50,013 bases of DNA from an uncultured Marinilabiliales bacterium (GTDB lineage Bacteria > Bacteroidota > Bacteroidia > Bacteroidales > BM523). The notes under the pieces are model-generated. The model saw only the letters and a list, made by a program, of their open reading frames with translations. It made no database searches and was not told the origin of the DNA. Positions 1 to 10,269 of the stretch are shown here, one piece after another (position 1 is the first letter of the stretch; every line of letters begins with the position of its first letter). The position numbers were made by a program, and so were the translations under genes. The stretch lies in NCBI GenBank assembly GCA_938004395.1, contig CALKWC010000245.1:1-50013 (forward strand), given 5' to 3'.

Positions 1-210
1 GACGGGGAAAGAAATCCTGTTCCTGACAATCAGGTAATCGAATTGGAAATAACTTATTTTAATGGTATTACACACCTACCATTAACCGATGTTGAATATA
101 ACGAAAATGGATATATAGTAAGGATTGTTCGACCACAAACCCCAAATCCTATTCCCGCACTCCACTGGGACGACTCATCTATACCTTATGGCAGTACCGC
201 CCCTGATTGA
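1..210 (+). CDS. Upstream segment (5-prime truncated by the window edge) of a surface adhesin gene. It ends at an in-frame TGA at 208-210 and the same frame continues at 211.
   Basis: Frame +1 has no stop from 1 to 207 (...HWDDSSIPYGSTAPD*). The sequence after the stop continues in the same frame with the same composition. Confidence 0.55.
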   Translation, partial: DGERNPVPDNQVIELEITYFNGITHLPLTDVEYNENGYIVRIVRPQTPNPIPALHWDDSSIPYGSTAPD

Positions 211-2103
211 GGATGTGCAAACACTTATGGTTGTCATAATTTTTTCGATTTCTTTGGCGATTCATGTACAATCAATACCTGGTGGTATGCTACAAATAAC
301 ATCACAGATGTAGTAAATTTCACTTTTCATAACGTTGAAATTGACGCCAATGCAAATACACCAATTGGTGAAAGTAATGATACTCTGATTTGTATTTCAG
401 GAAACCAAATTCAACTGGATGGATATTATAGCAACGCTCAGGATGCCTATTGGACAGGTGAAGGTACTTTTTTACCAGATAATCATAACGAAAATGCTAT
501 TTACATTTTTTCTCAAAATGAACTAAACCAGGGCTATGCAACAATAAATTATACTACTGTAAGTCCTTCAGGATGTCCTGAATATTCAGACTTTATGAAT
601 ATTACAATTGAACAACCTCCCAATGTGAACGCAGGTAGTGATGATATGGTTTGCCTGGATACAAACGGAATTCAACTCAATGGGTACGTTTACGGAGCCA
701 GTCAGTTTTACTGGGAAGGGGGAAATGGAACGTATATACCCAATACTTTTAATACAGATGCCAGGTATATTCCCACACAAGCCGAGATAGACAGTGGTAC
801 TGTTTCTTTGCAATTGATTACAGATAATGAAATTTGTCCGAATACAAGTGATGAAGTTAGTTTTCAACTGGTTCAAATCATCATTGATACCAACAACACA
901 GATGTTAGTTGTTATGGTCAGGACGATGGTGAAATTCAGGTACAAATCGATGGAAATTCAAGCGGTTATGAATTAACCTGGTGGAACGCAACAAACGACC
1001 TCAATTTAAATAATCTTTCAGCGGGTAGTTACTGCGGAATCATAAGCGAAAATTATGGCTGTATAATGGACTTTTGTATAGATATTGCTGAACCCGATTT
1101 GTTAACAGTTGATATCGATAAAACCGATGTAAGCTGCAATGGTATAGATCTTGGCATTGCAAGTGCCGTTCCGACAGGTGGAACAGAACCATATTCATAC
1201 AGCTGGAACAATAGCATGCACTCTCAAACCATAGATAATATTAGCGAAGGAAACTATTCTGTCACCGTTACAGATTATAATTCCTGTACTACATTTGGAA
1301 ACACTGAAATAGGTGTAATAGCAAAACCTTCAGCTGAATTTTATCAGGATACATACTCTGGCTGCGAACCACTTACAGTAAGCTATAGTGAAACCGGAAA
1401 TAATGATAATTGTTCATATGCATGGTATGTTAATGAAAACTTATCTTCTACAGAAAGAAATCCCGAACTGATTTTTGATAATGAAGGAACTTACAATATT
1501 ACTTTAACTGTTACATCAGACATGGGTTGCGACTCTTCAATTGCAGCAGAAAACCCAGTAATTGTTTATCCAAAACCTGAATCTGAATTTTGGTATGATC
1601 CATTAACAACAAATATTTTTGAACCCGAAATAAACTTTTATAGTCAGGATTCTGAAGATGCCTTACAGTTTTATTGGTTCTGTGATAATGATCTCTTTTC
1701 TATTGAGAAAAATTCGACCTTCTCTTTTGAAAATAGTGGCGTTTTTGAAGTTGAACATGTTGTGGTAAATGAATATTTTTGTACAGATACTGCATCTAAA
1801 GAAATTCTTATCAGCGAACCTCAAACACTTTGGATTCCCAATGCCATTACGCCTGATAAGCCTGATGAAAATGGAATATTCAAACCCAAATACAACGCTG
1901 TTGAACCAAACAACTACAAACTTATTATTTTTGATCGATGGGGCATGAAAGTATTTGAAACAACGAATATCAAAAAGGGTTGGAATGGCAGAAACAAAAA
2001 TGGAAAAGTCTATCCAATTGGAGTATATAGTTGGATAATTCAATACAAAAATTCTGAAAAGAAAATTACCACCCAAACGGGTTACCTTACATTGATCCGC
2101 TAA
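211..2103 (+). CDS. T9SS type-B sorting domain (gliding-motility C-terminal / CHU_C) adhesin with SprB-type Cys repeats and a PKD-like domain. This is the downstream segment of the interrupted gene; the ORF-track Met is at 595.
   Basis: SprB-like repeats are present (VSCYGQDDGEIQVQIDG, VSCNGIDLGIASAVPTGGTEPYSYSW). A PKD-like unit follows (PSAEFYQDTYSGCEPLTVSYSE...GTYNITLTVTSDMGCDSS). The C-terminus matches CHU_C: IPNAITPDKPDENGIFKP...IIFDRWGMKVFET...WNGRN...GVYSWIIQY...GYLTLIR. The frame is open from 211. Confidence 0.85.
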   Translation, partial: GCANTYGCHNFFDFFGDSCTINTWWYATNNITDVVNFTFHNVEIDANANTPIGESNDTLICISGNQIQLDGYYSNAQDAYWTGEGTFLPDNHNENAIYIFSQNELNQGYATINYTTVSPSGCPEYSDFMNITIEQPPNVNAGSDDMVCLDTNGIQLNGYVYGASQFYWEGGNGTYIPNTFNTDARYIPTQAEIDSGTVSLQLITDNEICPNTSDEVSFQLVQIIIDTNNTDVSCYGQDDGEIQVQIDGNSSGYELTWWNATNDLNLNNLSAGSYCGIISENYGCIMDFCIDIAEPDLLTVDIDKTDVSCNGIDLGIASAVPTGGTEPYSYSWNNSMHSQTIDNISEGNYSVTVTDYNSCTTFGNTEIGVIAKPSAEFYQDTYSGCEPLTVSYSETGNNDNCSYAWYVNENLSSTERNPELIFDNEGTYNITLTVTSDMGCDSSIAAENPVIVYPKPESEFWYDPLTTNIFEPEINFYSQDSEDALQFYWFCDNDLFSIEKNSTFSFENSGVFEVEHVVVNEYFCTDTASKEILISEPQTLWIPNAITPDKPDENGIFKPKYNAVEPNNYKLIIFDRWGMKVFETTNIKKGWNGRNKNGKVYPIGVYSWIIQYKNSEKKITTQTGYLTLIR

Positions 2104-2137
2104 TATCCTTATGCAAGGATAAAAATTAACCTAAATC

Positions 2138-2167
2138 TTTGTAATTTGACAAACTTACATAACTTTG
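2138..2167 (+). promoter_or_regulatory. Candidate Bacteroidota sigma-A promoter (-33 TTTG / -7 TAACTTTG) upstream of the RND exporter gene
   Basis: TTTG lies at 2138-2141 and TAACTTTG at 2160-2167, which matches TAnnTTTG. This position favours the ATG at 2201 over the TTG at 2165 as the start codon. Confidence 0.4.
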
Positions 2168-2200
2168 TGGCACGTTAATTTGGGCTTGGAATATCCTTTT

Positions 2201-4642
2201 ATGTGGACAATAATTGTTAGAACCATACTGCGTAATCGTGTAATAATCCTGTCATTATTAGGCTTATTTACATTATTCATGGGTTGGAATGCAAGAAAGG
2301 TAAGTCTTTCATATGAATTTGCCCACTTACTACCCGAAACCGACAGTACCAGAATAAAATACAGATTATTTAGAGAAAAATTTGGCGAAGATGGCGACAT
2401 AATGCTCGTTGGCGTTGATGATCCCAAATTGTGGGAACTCGACAATTTCAATGCATGGTATGATTTGGCAAAAACAATGGATAAAATACCCGGCGTTGAT
2501 ACAGTAATTTCAATTGCCAGAATTTTTAATGTTGTTAAAAACGATAGCCTGCATAAACTTCAGCTTAAACCAATTATAACTGATAATGTAAAATCACAAC
2601 CAGAGTTAGATAGCTTACTGGGTGTTATCAGGGGTTTGCGTTTTTATGAAAATTTTCTATTCGTAGATACTTCTGATGTTACCATGATGGGGGTAAAGTT
2701 AAATAAAGAAATTCTGAATACAAAAAGCAGACTTCGTTTTGTGAAAGAAGTATACGATCTGGTTGAAGAATTTTCAAAAGAAACAGGAATAGAAGCACAT
2801 TATTCTGGCTTGCCATACATTCGAACACAAACAATGGCAAAGGTTAAAACTGAACTCGAGCTATTTATCATATTGGCAATCATTGTTCTGGCAGTAGTAC
2901 TTTACCTGTTCTTCAGATCATTTAAAGCAGTGATGGTTTCTCTTGTTGTAGTGGCAATAGCCGTTATTTGGGTATTTGGAACCATTGCTCTTATGGATTA
3001 CAAAATAACCATCTTAACGGGACTGATTCCACCGCTGATAATTGTAATTGGTATTCCAAATTGTGTCTTCCTGATTAATAAATATCAACAGGAATACAAG
3101 AAACACGGAAATAAAATTAAAGCACTATCAACTGTAGTCAGAAAAATTGGAAATGCTACATTTCTTACCAATATTACTACAGCCTCAGGTTTTGCAACAT
3201 TTATACTTACAAGTAGTTCAATACTTATTCAATTTGGAGTGGTTGCTTCACTTAATATCTTGGGAGTATTCCTGATATCGTTACTCATTATCCCAATATT
3301 TTTCAGTCTGCTCCCCCCACCTAGTTCTAGACATACAAAACACCTGGAAAATAAAACTCTCAAAGAAATAATTGGTCGTTTACTAAATTCAGTAATAGAC
3401 TACCGCCCCGTCATATATATTTCTACCATTGCATTGGTCATTGCATGTATTATTGGTGTATCTATGATCAAAGCAAAAGGAAGGTTGGTAGATGACATTC
3501 CTCAAAACGATCCTGTTATGGAGGATCTTAAATTCTTTGAAGACCATTTCAGAGGTGTTATGCCTTTCGAAATAGAAATAGACACAAAAAAGAAAAATGG
3601 AATTTTTGCAGAAAATGCAAGAACATTATACAAAATGAAAAAGTTACAGAAAATCTTTACTAAAGATTCTGTAATGTCTCAATACTTTTCCAGACCGCTT
3701 TCCATAATTGATGCTATTTCTTTTGTCTATCAGGCACACAAAGACGGAAAATCTAAATTTTATATTCTTCCTCCGCCAACTGAATTAAACAAACTCAAAA
3801 AGTATGTTGACAATGCTCAGGATGATAGGATGAATTTCAGTATTTTTATCGATAGTACAAATCAAAGAACCAGGTTTAGTATACAAATGGCAAACCTCGG
3901 AACACCTCAGATTCAGGCACTGATTGATTCACTCAAACCTAAAATTCATGATGTTTTTGATCCGGCTGATTACAACATTAACATAACCGGCATGACCGTA
4001 GTGTTCTTGAAAGGAACCAATTTTTTAATCAAAAATTTATTTATTAGCTTAACAATTGCCATTTTTTTAATCGCATTATTTATTGCTACAATGTTCCGGT
4101 CAGGTAGGATGGTGATTGTTTCCCTTATTCCTAATCTTATTCCGCTGCTATTTACAGCAGCCATAATGGGTTATTTTGGTATTCCCATTAAACCATCTAC
4201 AATATTGATATTTAGTATAGCATTTGGTATTTCTGTTGATGATTCCATTCACTTTTTGGCAAAATATCACCAGGAATTGAAGATTAACAATTATGAAATT
4301 GGTCAATCGGTTGTTAATGCTTTAAAGGAAACAGGTATTAGCATGATTTATACCTCTATTGTTTTGTTCTTCGGATTTGCAATTTTCACCGCATCAGGAT
4401 TTGGAGGTACAAAAGCACTTGGAATTCTTGTATCCATTACCTTACTGGTAGCCATGCTCACTAATCTTATTCTTTTGCCTTCTTTGTTACTGACTATAGA
4501 AAGAAAAGTAACGTTGAAAGCCTATAAAGAACCCCTCATTCATATTTTCGAGGAAGAAGAAGATATTGAACTGGATGAATTGAAAATTGAAGAAAAACCT
4601 GAGAATAAACAGGTTGAAGAATTTATTAATAGTTCTGATTAA
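2201..4642 (+). CDS. RND-superfamily / MMPL-type exporter (COG1033-like, two 6-TM bundles)
   Basis: Two hydrophobic blocks are each preceded by a large soluble loop. The RND/SSD-like segment FSIAFGISVDDSIHFLAKY is present. The N-terminus is MWTIIVRTILRNRVIILSLLGLF. Confidence 0.8.
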   Translation: MWTIIVRTILRNRVIILSLLGLFTLFMGWNARKVSLSYEFAHLLPETDSTRIKYRLFREKFGEDGDIMLVGVDDPKLWELDNFNAWYDLAKTMDKIPGVDTVISIARIFNVVKNDSLHKLQLKPIITDNVKSQPELDSLLGVIRGLRFYENFLFVDTSDVTMMGVKLNKEILNTKSRLRFVKEVYDLVEEFSKETGIEAHYSGLPYIRTQTMAKVKTELELFIILAIIVLAVVLYLFFRSFKAVMVSLVVVAIAVIWVFGTIALMDYKITILTGLIPPLIIVIGIPNCVFLINKYQQEYKKHGNKIKALSTVVRKIGNATFLTNITTASGFATFILTSSSILIQFGVVASLNILGVFLISLLIIPIFFSLLPPPSSRHTKHLENKTLKEIIGRLLNSVIDYRPVIYISTIALVIACIIGVSMIKAKGRLVDDIPQNDPVMEDLKFFEDHFRGVMPFEIEIDTKKKNGIFAENARTLYKMKKLQKIFTKDSVMSQYFSRPLSIIDAISFVYQAHKDGKSKFYILPPPTELNKLKKYVDNAQDDRMNFSIFIDSTNQRTRFSIQMANLGTPQIQALIDSLKPKIHDVFDPADYNINITGMTVVFLKGTNFLIKNLFISLTIAIFLIALFIATMFRSGRMVIVSLIPNLIPLLFTAAIMGYFGIPIKPSTILIFSIAFGISVDDSIHFLAKYHQELKINNYEIGQSVVNALKETGISMIYTSIVLFFGFAIFTASGFGGTKALGILVSITLLVAMLTNLILLPSLLLTIERKVTLKAYKEPLIHIFEEEEDIELDELKIEEKPENKQVEEFINSSD

Positions 4643-4644
4643 CA

Positions 4645-5934
4645 ATGGTTTATTGGATATTTTGGACTATTGTAAATATTGCACTGCGCGTTTTCTACAA
4701 ACGGCTGTATATTTCGGGTGCAGATAAAATTCCAAATAGGAAGCCTGTTATTCTTGCTTGTAACCACCCTAATTCATTTCTCGACGCTATAAGCTTAACG
4801 GTACAGTTGAAGAGGCCTCTTTACTTTTTTGCACGGTCTGATGCTATGAACACACCTTTAAAAAGAAAGCTGCTCGGACTATTTAATATTCATCCAATAT
4901 ATCGAATTCAGGAAGGGAAAGAAAACCTTTTGAAAAATGAAGGTACTTTTAATATTGGATATAATGTTTTGAAAAATAACGGAACGGTCTTTATTCATTC
5001 CGAAGGTATTTGTGTAGTGGAAAAAAGGTTAAGAAAACTCAAAAAAGGAACAGCAAGAATGGCATTCCACGCCTTTGATAATAATAATTTTGAGCTTGAC
5101 ACCCATGTTGTGCCGGTGGGTTTTAATTACACATATCCCAGACATTTTAGGCAAGAACTGATTTTAAGTCTTGGTGAACCATTTCCGGTAAGCAATTTCA
5201 AAGAAATATATATTGATAATCCAGCAGTTGCCATCAATAAATTCAATGAAAAACTAAATGAAGAATTGGTGAAGAATGTTGTAATTATCAAAAATCAACA
5301 AAATGACCAATTATGTGAAGAATTGTTTATTATTCAAAGAAACAATAATCCACAAAGTTTATTCCCCTGGAAAACCAAAAATAACAAACGTTTCCTCAGA
5401 GAAAAAAAGCTGGCAGATACTGTAAATCAAATAAGCGAATCCAATTCTGTAATATATAATTCAGCCAGTAAAAAGGTTAAACAATATTTCGAACAGTTAA
5501 AGAAATTGGGTATTACAGATTTATTTCTTTTAAAAAATAAATATCATCTACTCCTTTCTACTCTGTTATCTATTATCCTGTTTCCAATTTATGCCTTTGG
5601 AAAATTATTAAACAGTTTACCCATATTTCTTGGTAAAATAATTAAAAAAAAAACTGCAGGAAAAGGGGTATTTTTCGATTCTGTGCTTTTTGGCTCAAGT
5701 ATGTTAATATATATAATTTATATGATAATTCTAAGCATTATCATTGCTTTTATGCCCATTGGCCCAGGCTGGATTTATATTCTTATTATTTTATTTACCG
5801 GCTATATTTCGGTCATTATTGATCATCTTTACAATTATCTGTTTACGGCCATCAAAGCCAACAAAATGAACAAAAAGAAAAAAGAACAATTACAAACCAT
5901 GCGTAAAGAAATTTGTAATATCTTTTCAATATAA
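4645..5934 (+). CDS. PlsC-family acyltransferase (lysophospholipid / glycerol-phosphate acyltransferase-like) with a C-terminal membrane extension
   Basis: It has the HX4D acyltransferase motif NHPNSFLDA and a second block IHSEG. About 150 C-terminal residues contain TM segments. The gene starts 2 nt after the RND gene stop. Confidence 0.7.
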   Translation: MVYWIFWTIVNIALRVFYKRLYISGADKIPNRKPVILACNHPNSFLDAISLTVQLKRPLYFFARSDAMNTPLKRKLLGLFNIHPIYRIQEGKENLLKNEGTFNIGYNVLKNNGTVFIHSEGICVVEKRLRKLKKGTARMAFHAFDNNNFELDTHVVPVGFNYTYPRHFRQELILSLGEPFPVSNFKEIYIDNPAVAINKFNEKLNEELVKNVVIIKNQQNDQLCEELFIIQRNNNPQSLFPWKTKNNKRFLREKKLADTVNQISESNSVIYNSASKKVKQYFEQLKKLGITDLFLLKNKYHLLLSTLLSIILFPIYAFGKLLNSLPIFLGKIIKKKTAGKGVFFDSVLFGSSMLIYIIYMIILSIIIAFMPIGPGWIYILIILFTGYISVIIDHLYNYLFTAIKANKMNKKKKEQLQTMRKEICNIFSI

Positions 5935-7163
5935 TGATAGACAATAACCATACATATCATTTTCCTGAAAACAATACCCAACAGCCAGATTCTGTTTCTG
6001 CATCAGAACCTCAGGATACTTCAGTTGTAAATACAATAAAAAAAACAGACTCAATAACAGATAGCACAGAATCAATTATTAAAATTGATACTACAAAACA
6101 AAATACAACAAGAACAGACTCCAACAACGCAGATACAAATACGGTTATCAATACTGTAGATACATCAAAAGAAATATCAAATAACCAAAACACTTCAGAA
6201 TCGATTGAAAGAAGCACTCATAATGTTTCAACCAGGGAAAATCAGGCAATTGAAGAAGATATTTCTAGCAATGAGCAAGAACTAGTTAAAAATTCAATTT
6301 TTGCTAACGATACCAATCATTATGTACTAAGAAACAATCAAAAAGAATTTTCAACTTCTGATTTCAAATATAAAAATTACAATACCACCGAAAAAGATTC
6401 TACCATTTGGCTGGTTGACAATGCTTTAAAGAAAGAGAACAAAGTTGTACAAGACACCAACCAGCAGATGAAAACATCTGTAAAAATTCAAACACCAAAC
6501 AATCAACAAGCTGTAGATATTTCATTTGACTGGATTCCGGGAGTTCTTCTTCTTGCACTTGTATTACTGGCTTGGATTAGAATATTTTATTATAAATATA
6601 TTGGTCAAATTTTTTCTTCTGTTTTAAATTATTCAATATCAAATAAATTACTTGAAGCAAAAAATGCAGTATTATCAAGAGTAAATACGGTACTTAATTT
6701 TCTATTTGTACTTTCATTATCTTTATTTGTTTTTGAAGTATTATCCATTCATAAAATCCATGTGCTTGAGTTTACAAGCTTCAATTACTTTTTAATTTGC
6801 TTTGGATTTATTACTTCATTTTACCTCATAAAAACTTTATTTATTAAGATTTCCGGGCATATTTTTGATGGTATTGATGAAGTGAATGAATATCTGCACA
6901 ATATGTTTATTATTAATAAAACTATGGGAATATTATTACTTCCTATAGTTATTGCTTTACCATATGTTCCGGATAATCTTACAGTAATTTTCCTTTATTC
7001 AGGATATATTTTAATTTCAATTTTACTGTTAATCAGTCTAATACGATCTTTTCAAATTAGTATTAAAATTAATCTTTCAATATTTTATTTGATTTTGTAT
7101 CTTTGTACCCTCGAAATTTTACCTTTTTTATTGGTAGTAAAGTTCTTTAAGACTTTGATTTAG
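5934..7163 (+). CDS. DUF4271-like multi-pass membrane protein with a low-complexity T/N/S/D-rich N-terminal region
   Basis: The start overlaps the upstream stop (TAATG). The C-terminal half is polytopic (WIPGVLLLALVLLAWIRIFYYKYIGQIF...). Its position upstream of hemD-like and rnpA genes is typical of Bacteroidota. Confidence 0.6.
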   Translation: MIDNNHTYHFPENNTQQPDSVSASEPQDTSVVNTIKKTDSITDSTESIIKIDTTKQNTTRTDSNNADTNTVINTVDTSKEISNNQNTSESIERSTHNVSTRENQAIEEDISSNEQELVKNSIFANDTNHYVLRNNQKEFSTSDFKYKNYNTTEKDSTIWLVDNALKKENKVVQDTNQQMKTSVKIQTPNNQQAVDISFDWIPGVLLLALVLLAWIRIFYYKYIGQIFSSVLNYSISNKLLEAKNAVLSRVNTVLNFLFVLSLSLFVFEVLSIHKIHVLEFTSFNYFLICFGFITSFYLIKTLFIKISGHIFDGIDEVNEYLHNMFIINKTMGILLLPIVIALPYVPDNLTVIFLYSGYILISILLLISLIRSFQISIKINLSIFYLILYLCTLEILPFLLVVKFFKTLI

Positions 7164-7169
7164 AAAGAT

Positions 7170-7910
7170 TTGTCAAACAAAAAGAATAAAACCTTGAAGA
7201 TTAAAAGTATTCTTGTATCACAACCGAAACCTTCATCAAATAAATCTCCGTATTTTGATTTAGCGGATAAATTTGGCTTGAAAATAGACTTCAGACCATT
7301 TATTCAAGTAGAAGGTATTCCTGTAAAAGATTTTAGACAATCCAGGATCGATATTGCAGATCATACAGCACTTATTTTCACCAGTAGGACAGCAATAGAT
7401 CATTTCTTTAGAATTTGTGAAGAATTAAGATTTACTGTACCCGATTCAATGAAATATTTCTGTATTTCCGAATCAATTGCATATTATCTTCAAAAATATA
7501 TTGTTTATCGAAAAAGGAAGATTTTCTACGGTAAAAGTAAATTTAACGATTTGCTTGATATCATTGTAAAACATAAAGAAGAAAAATTTATTCTTCCCTT
7601 ATCAGATAAACATAAAATTAATTTTACAAAAGCTATTTTATACAGAACTGTTAGTTCAGACTTATCTGATTTATCAGATGTGAATTACGATATACTTGTT
7701 TTCTTTAGTCCTTCAGGTATTGCATCTTTAATGCAAAATTTCCCTGAATTCAAGCAAAATTCAACAAAAATTGCAGCATTTGGACCAACTACTGCTAAAG
7801 CTGTTGAAAAGGCCAGTTTGCGCCTTGATATTTCGGCACCTTCACCACAGGCGCCTTCTATGACAATGGCACTTGAAAACTACATAAAAAAAGAAAACAA
7901 AAAGAAATAA
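7170..7910 (+). CDS. hemD: Uroporphyrinogen-III synthase (HemD-like)
   Basis: The 246-aa length and the motifs ILVSQPKP...DFRPFIQVEGI...ALIFTSRTAIDHFF...FFSPSGI resemble Bacteroidota HemD. The start codon is TTG. Confidence 0.65.
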   Translation: MSNKKNKTLKIKSILVSQPKPSSNKSPYFDLADKFGLKIDFRPFIQVEGIPVKDFRQSRIDIADHTALIFTSRTAIDHFFRICEELRFTVPDSMKYFCISESIAYYLQKYIVYRKRKIFYGKSKFNDLLDIIVKHKEEKFILPLSDKHKINFTKAILYRTVSSDLSDLSDVNYDILVFFSPSGIASLMQNFPEFKQNSTKIAAFGPTTAKAVEKASLRLDISAPSPQAPSMTMALENYIKKENKKK

Positions 7911-7969
7911 ATTCTTTAGCCTTTCCTGCATAATTTGGTAATATTCTACCCTATGGTTGAATATATATG

Positions 7970-7977
7970 TACTTTTG
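7970..7977 (+). promoter_or_regulatory. Candidate -7 box TACTTTTG immediately upstream of rnpA
   Basis: It matches TAnnTTTG and ends 6 nt before the ATG at 7984, which implies a very short leader or no leader. Confidence 0.3.
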
Positions 7978-7983
7978 TAAACT

Positions 7984-8364
7984 ATGACTAATCAGTCTTT
8001 GCAAAAACGTGAAATATTAAGAGGTAAACTCAATATATCTGAAGTTTATTTTAAGGGCACTGGTATTAGAAATTCGCCCATAACATTTCTTTGGACAAAA
8101 ACTACTATTCATTCCGATCCTCAAATACAAATAGCTTTTAGTGTATCAAAAAAATACCATAAAAAAGCTGTTAACAGAAATTTATTAAAAAGGAGATTAA
8201 AAGAAGCTTACAGAAAAAATAAATACATTCTCCATGAACACATCAAAAATCAAAATATTCATCTTAAAATACTCTGTATTTATTCGTCAAATAAGATATT
8301 ATCATATTCAGAACTAGAAAATAAAATAATATTAACTTTAAATCGTTTAACTGAAGATATGTGA
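7984..8364 (+). CDS. rnpA: Ribonuclease P protein component
   Basis: The protein is small and basic. It contains [26 protein letters not shown], and yidD follows immediately downstream. Confidence 0.85.
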   Translation: MTNQSLQKREILRGKLNISEVYFKGTGIRNSPITFLWTKTTIHSDPQIQIAFSVSKKYHKKAVNRNLLKRRLKEAYRKNKYILHEHIKNQNIHLKILCIYSSNKILSYSELENKIILTLNRLTEDM

Positions 8365-8365
8365 G

Positions 8366-8587
8366 ATGAAAAAAGCTATTGTATTTATATTAATAGTTCC
8401 GATTAAAATCTACCAGTATATCTTATCTCCAATTTTACCCAATAGCTGTAGATATACGCCTTCTTGTTCGGTATACAGTATTGAAGCTTTAAAGAAACAC
8501 GGACCCATTAAGGGTTCATACTATGCCATTAAAAGAATATTATCATGCAACCCATGGGGCGGGCACGGATACGATCCTGTTCCATAA
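8366..8587 (+). CDS. yidD: Membrane protein insertion efficiency factor YidD
   Basis: It carries the YidD signature [31 protein letters not shown]...[12 protein letters not shown]. Confidence 0.9.
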   Translation: MKKAIVFILIVPIKIYQYILSPILPNSCRYTPSCSVYSIEALKKHGPIKGSYYAIKRILSCNPWGGHGYDPVP

Positions 8588-8604
8588 GTACAAAAAATAA
8601 AACT

Positions 8605-10269
8605 ATGAAATTAAAAAAGTTATTCATCGTATTATCTGTTTCCCTATTTGCCTTTATATTTTCCTTTACCTTAATCAGTTATGATAATACTGACTTTGAA
8701 ATTTCGAAAAATCTTGACATTTTCGCTACCCTTTTTAGAGAACTTAACATCTATTATGTTGATGAAACAGACCCTGGTGATTTGATGAACAAAGGCATTG
8801 AAAAAATGTTGCAATCACTTGATCCTTACACTACTTATTACCCGGAATCCAAAATTGAAGATTTTAAACTCATGACTACAGGTCAGTATGGTGGAATTGG
8901 TGCTTTGATTCGTAAAAGTGGTGAATATGTAGTAATTAGCGAACCCTACGAAAATTTTCCTGCACAAAAAGCAGATCTAAAAGCTGGCGATATTATTGTA
9001 GAAATAGATGGCAAAAATACGCGCAATAAAAGTACAGGAGATATTAGTGAATTACTTAAAGGCCAACCCAATACAAAATTATCACTTACCATTCAGCGGC
9101 CTGGAGAAAAAAAAGAAATAAAAAAAGAACTTACACGCGAAAAAATACAAATCGAAAGTGTACCCTATTACGCTATGATTACTGATGATATAGGTTATAT
9201 TAGACTTACCAGTTTTACTAACAAAGCCAGTTCTGATGTTAAAAGTGCTTTTAAAGATTTGAAAAACAAGCACCATATGAAAAAGCTCATTTTTGACCTT
9301 AGAGGAAATCCTGGTGGTTTATTAATAGAAGCTGTTCATATCAGTAATATTTTTGTTAAAAGAGGACAGGAAATTGTTAATACAAAAGGTAAACTGGAAC
9401 AATGGAACAAAACATATAAAGCAATGCATGATGCCATAGATACTGATATTCCACTTGTTATTTTGGTTAACAGAAGTTCTGCTTCAGCTTCAGAAATTGT
9501 ATCTGGAGCTATACAAGATTTGGATAGAGGTGTTATTATTGGTGAAAGAACATTTGGAAAAGGATTGGTACAAACTTCAAGACAATTAAGCTATAATGCC
9601 AAATTAAAAGTTACAACTGCCAAATATTATATTCCAAGCGGAAGATGTATACAGGCCCTGGATTATAGCCATAGAAACGAAGATGGAAGTGTTGGTAAAA
9701 TACCCGATTCATTGATATCAGAGTTTCAAACAAAAAATGGAAGAATTGTTAAAGACGGTGGTGGAATTTTACCTGATATAAAAGTAAAAACAAACAATCC
9801 AAGCAAAGTTACCATTGCATTAATTCGACAAAATTTAATATTTGATTATGTAACAGAATACTGCATAAATCACGATTCTGTTGCCTTACCTGGTGATATT
9901 GCTTTTTCAGATAATGAATATGAAGATTTTCTCAAATTTCTTGAAAATAAGGAATTTGATTATGAAACAAGAAGTGAAGAAAAACTCAACGAACTAATTC
10001 AAACAGCTGAAAAAGAAAAATACTACGATGTCGCTGAAACGGAATTTAATGATCTGAAAAAAAAGATAGCACATGATAAAGACAAAGATTTGCAACTTTT
10101 TAAAGATGAAATAAAACGATATATAACTGAAGAAATTTCTAGTAGATATTACTATCAAAAAGGTAGATTGGAAACCATTTTAAAAACAGATTCAGAGTTG
10201 GATACAGCTATTTCTGTTTTAAATGATACCCTACGTTATAACAATATTTTAACTGGAAAAGAGAATTAG
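8605..10269 (+). CDS. S41 family C-terminal processing peptidase (PDZ domain plus tail-specific protease domain)
   Basis: A signal-like N-terminus MKLKKLFIVLSVSLFAF starts at 8605. A PDZ segment (KAGDIIVEIDG) and the S41 core (DLRGNPGGLL ... SASASEIVSGAIQDLDRGVIIGERTFGKGLVQ) are present. The ORF-track start at 8545 overlaps yidD and is unlikely. Confidence 0.85.
   Translation: MKLKKLFIVLSVSLFAFIFSFTLISYDNTDFEISKNLDIFATLFRELNIYYVDETDPGDLMNKGIEKMLQSLDPYTTYYPESKIEDFKLMTTGQYGGIGALIRKSGEYVVISEPYENFPAQKADLKAGDIIVEIDGKNTRNKSTGDISELLKGQPNTKLSLTIQRPGEKKEIKKELTREKIQIESVPYYAMITDDIGYIRLTSFTNKASSDVKSAFKDLKNKHHMKKLIFDLRGNPGGLLIEAVHISNIFVKRGQEIVNTKGKLEQWNKTYKAMHDAIDTDIPLVILVNRSSASASEIVSGAIQDLDRGVIIGERTFGKGLVQTSRQLSYNAKLKVTTAKYYIPSGRCIQALDYSHRNEDGSVGKIPDSLISEFQTKNGRIVKDGGGILPDIKVKTNNPSKVTIALIRQNLIFDYVTEYCINHDSVALPGDIAFSDNEYEDFLKFLENKEFDYETRSEEKLNELIQTAEKEKYYDVAETEFNDLKKKIAHDKDKDLQLFKDEIKRYITEEISSRYYYQKGRLETILKTDSELDTAISVLNDTLRYNNILTGKEN

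Noticed and set aside
586-2451. Antisense ORFs 586-945, 1663-2076 and 2155-2451, plus the many similar 60-150 aa ORFs opposite long genes throughout the window
   Set aside because: They lie entirely inside, and antisense to, long ORFs with clear domain content. Their translations are low-complexity and hydrophobic (I/F/L/N-rich), as expected from shadow frames in AT-rich DNA.
5645-5654. A10 homopolymer inside the acyltransferase gene as a phase-variation tract
   Set aside because: It encodes a Lys run in a linker and the frame is intact. Similar A/T runs are common in this AT-rich genome, and nothing indicates slippage.
8545-8604. Upstream start at 8545 for the S41 peptidase ORF
   Set aside because: It overlaps the 3-prime end of yidD in another frame and adds a non-signal-like extension. 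The ATG at 8605 gives a typical signal peptide.
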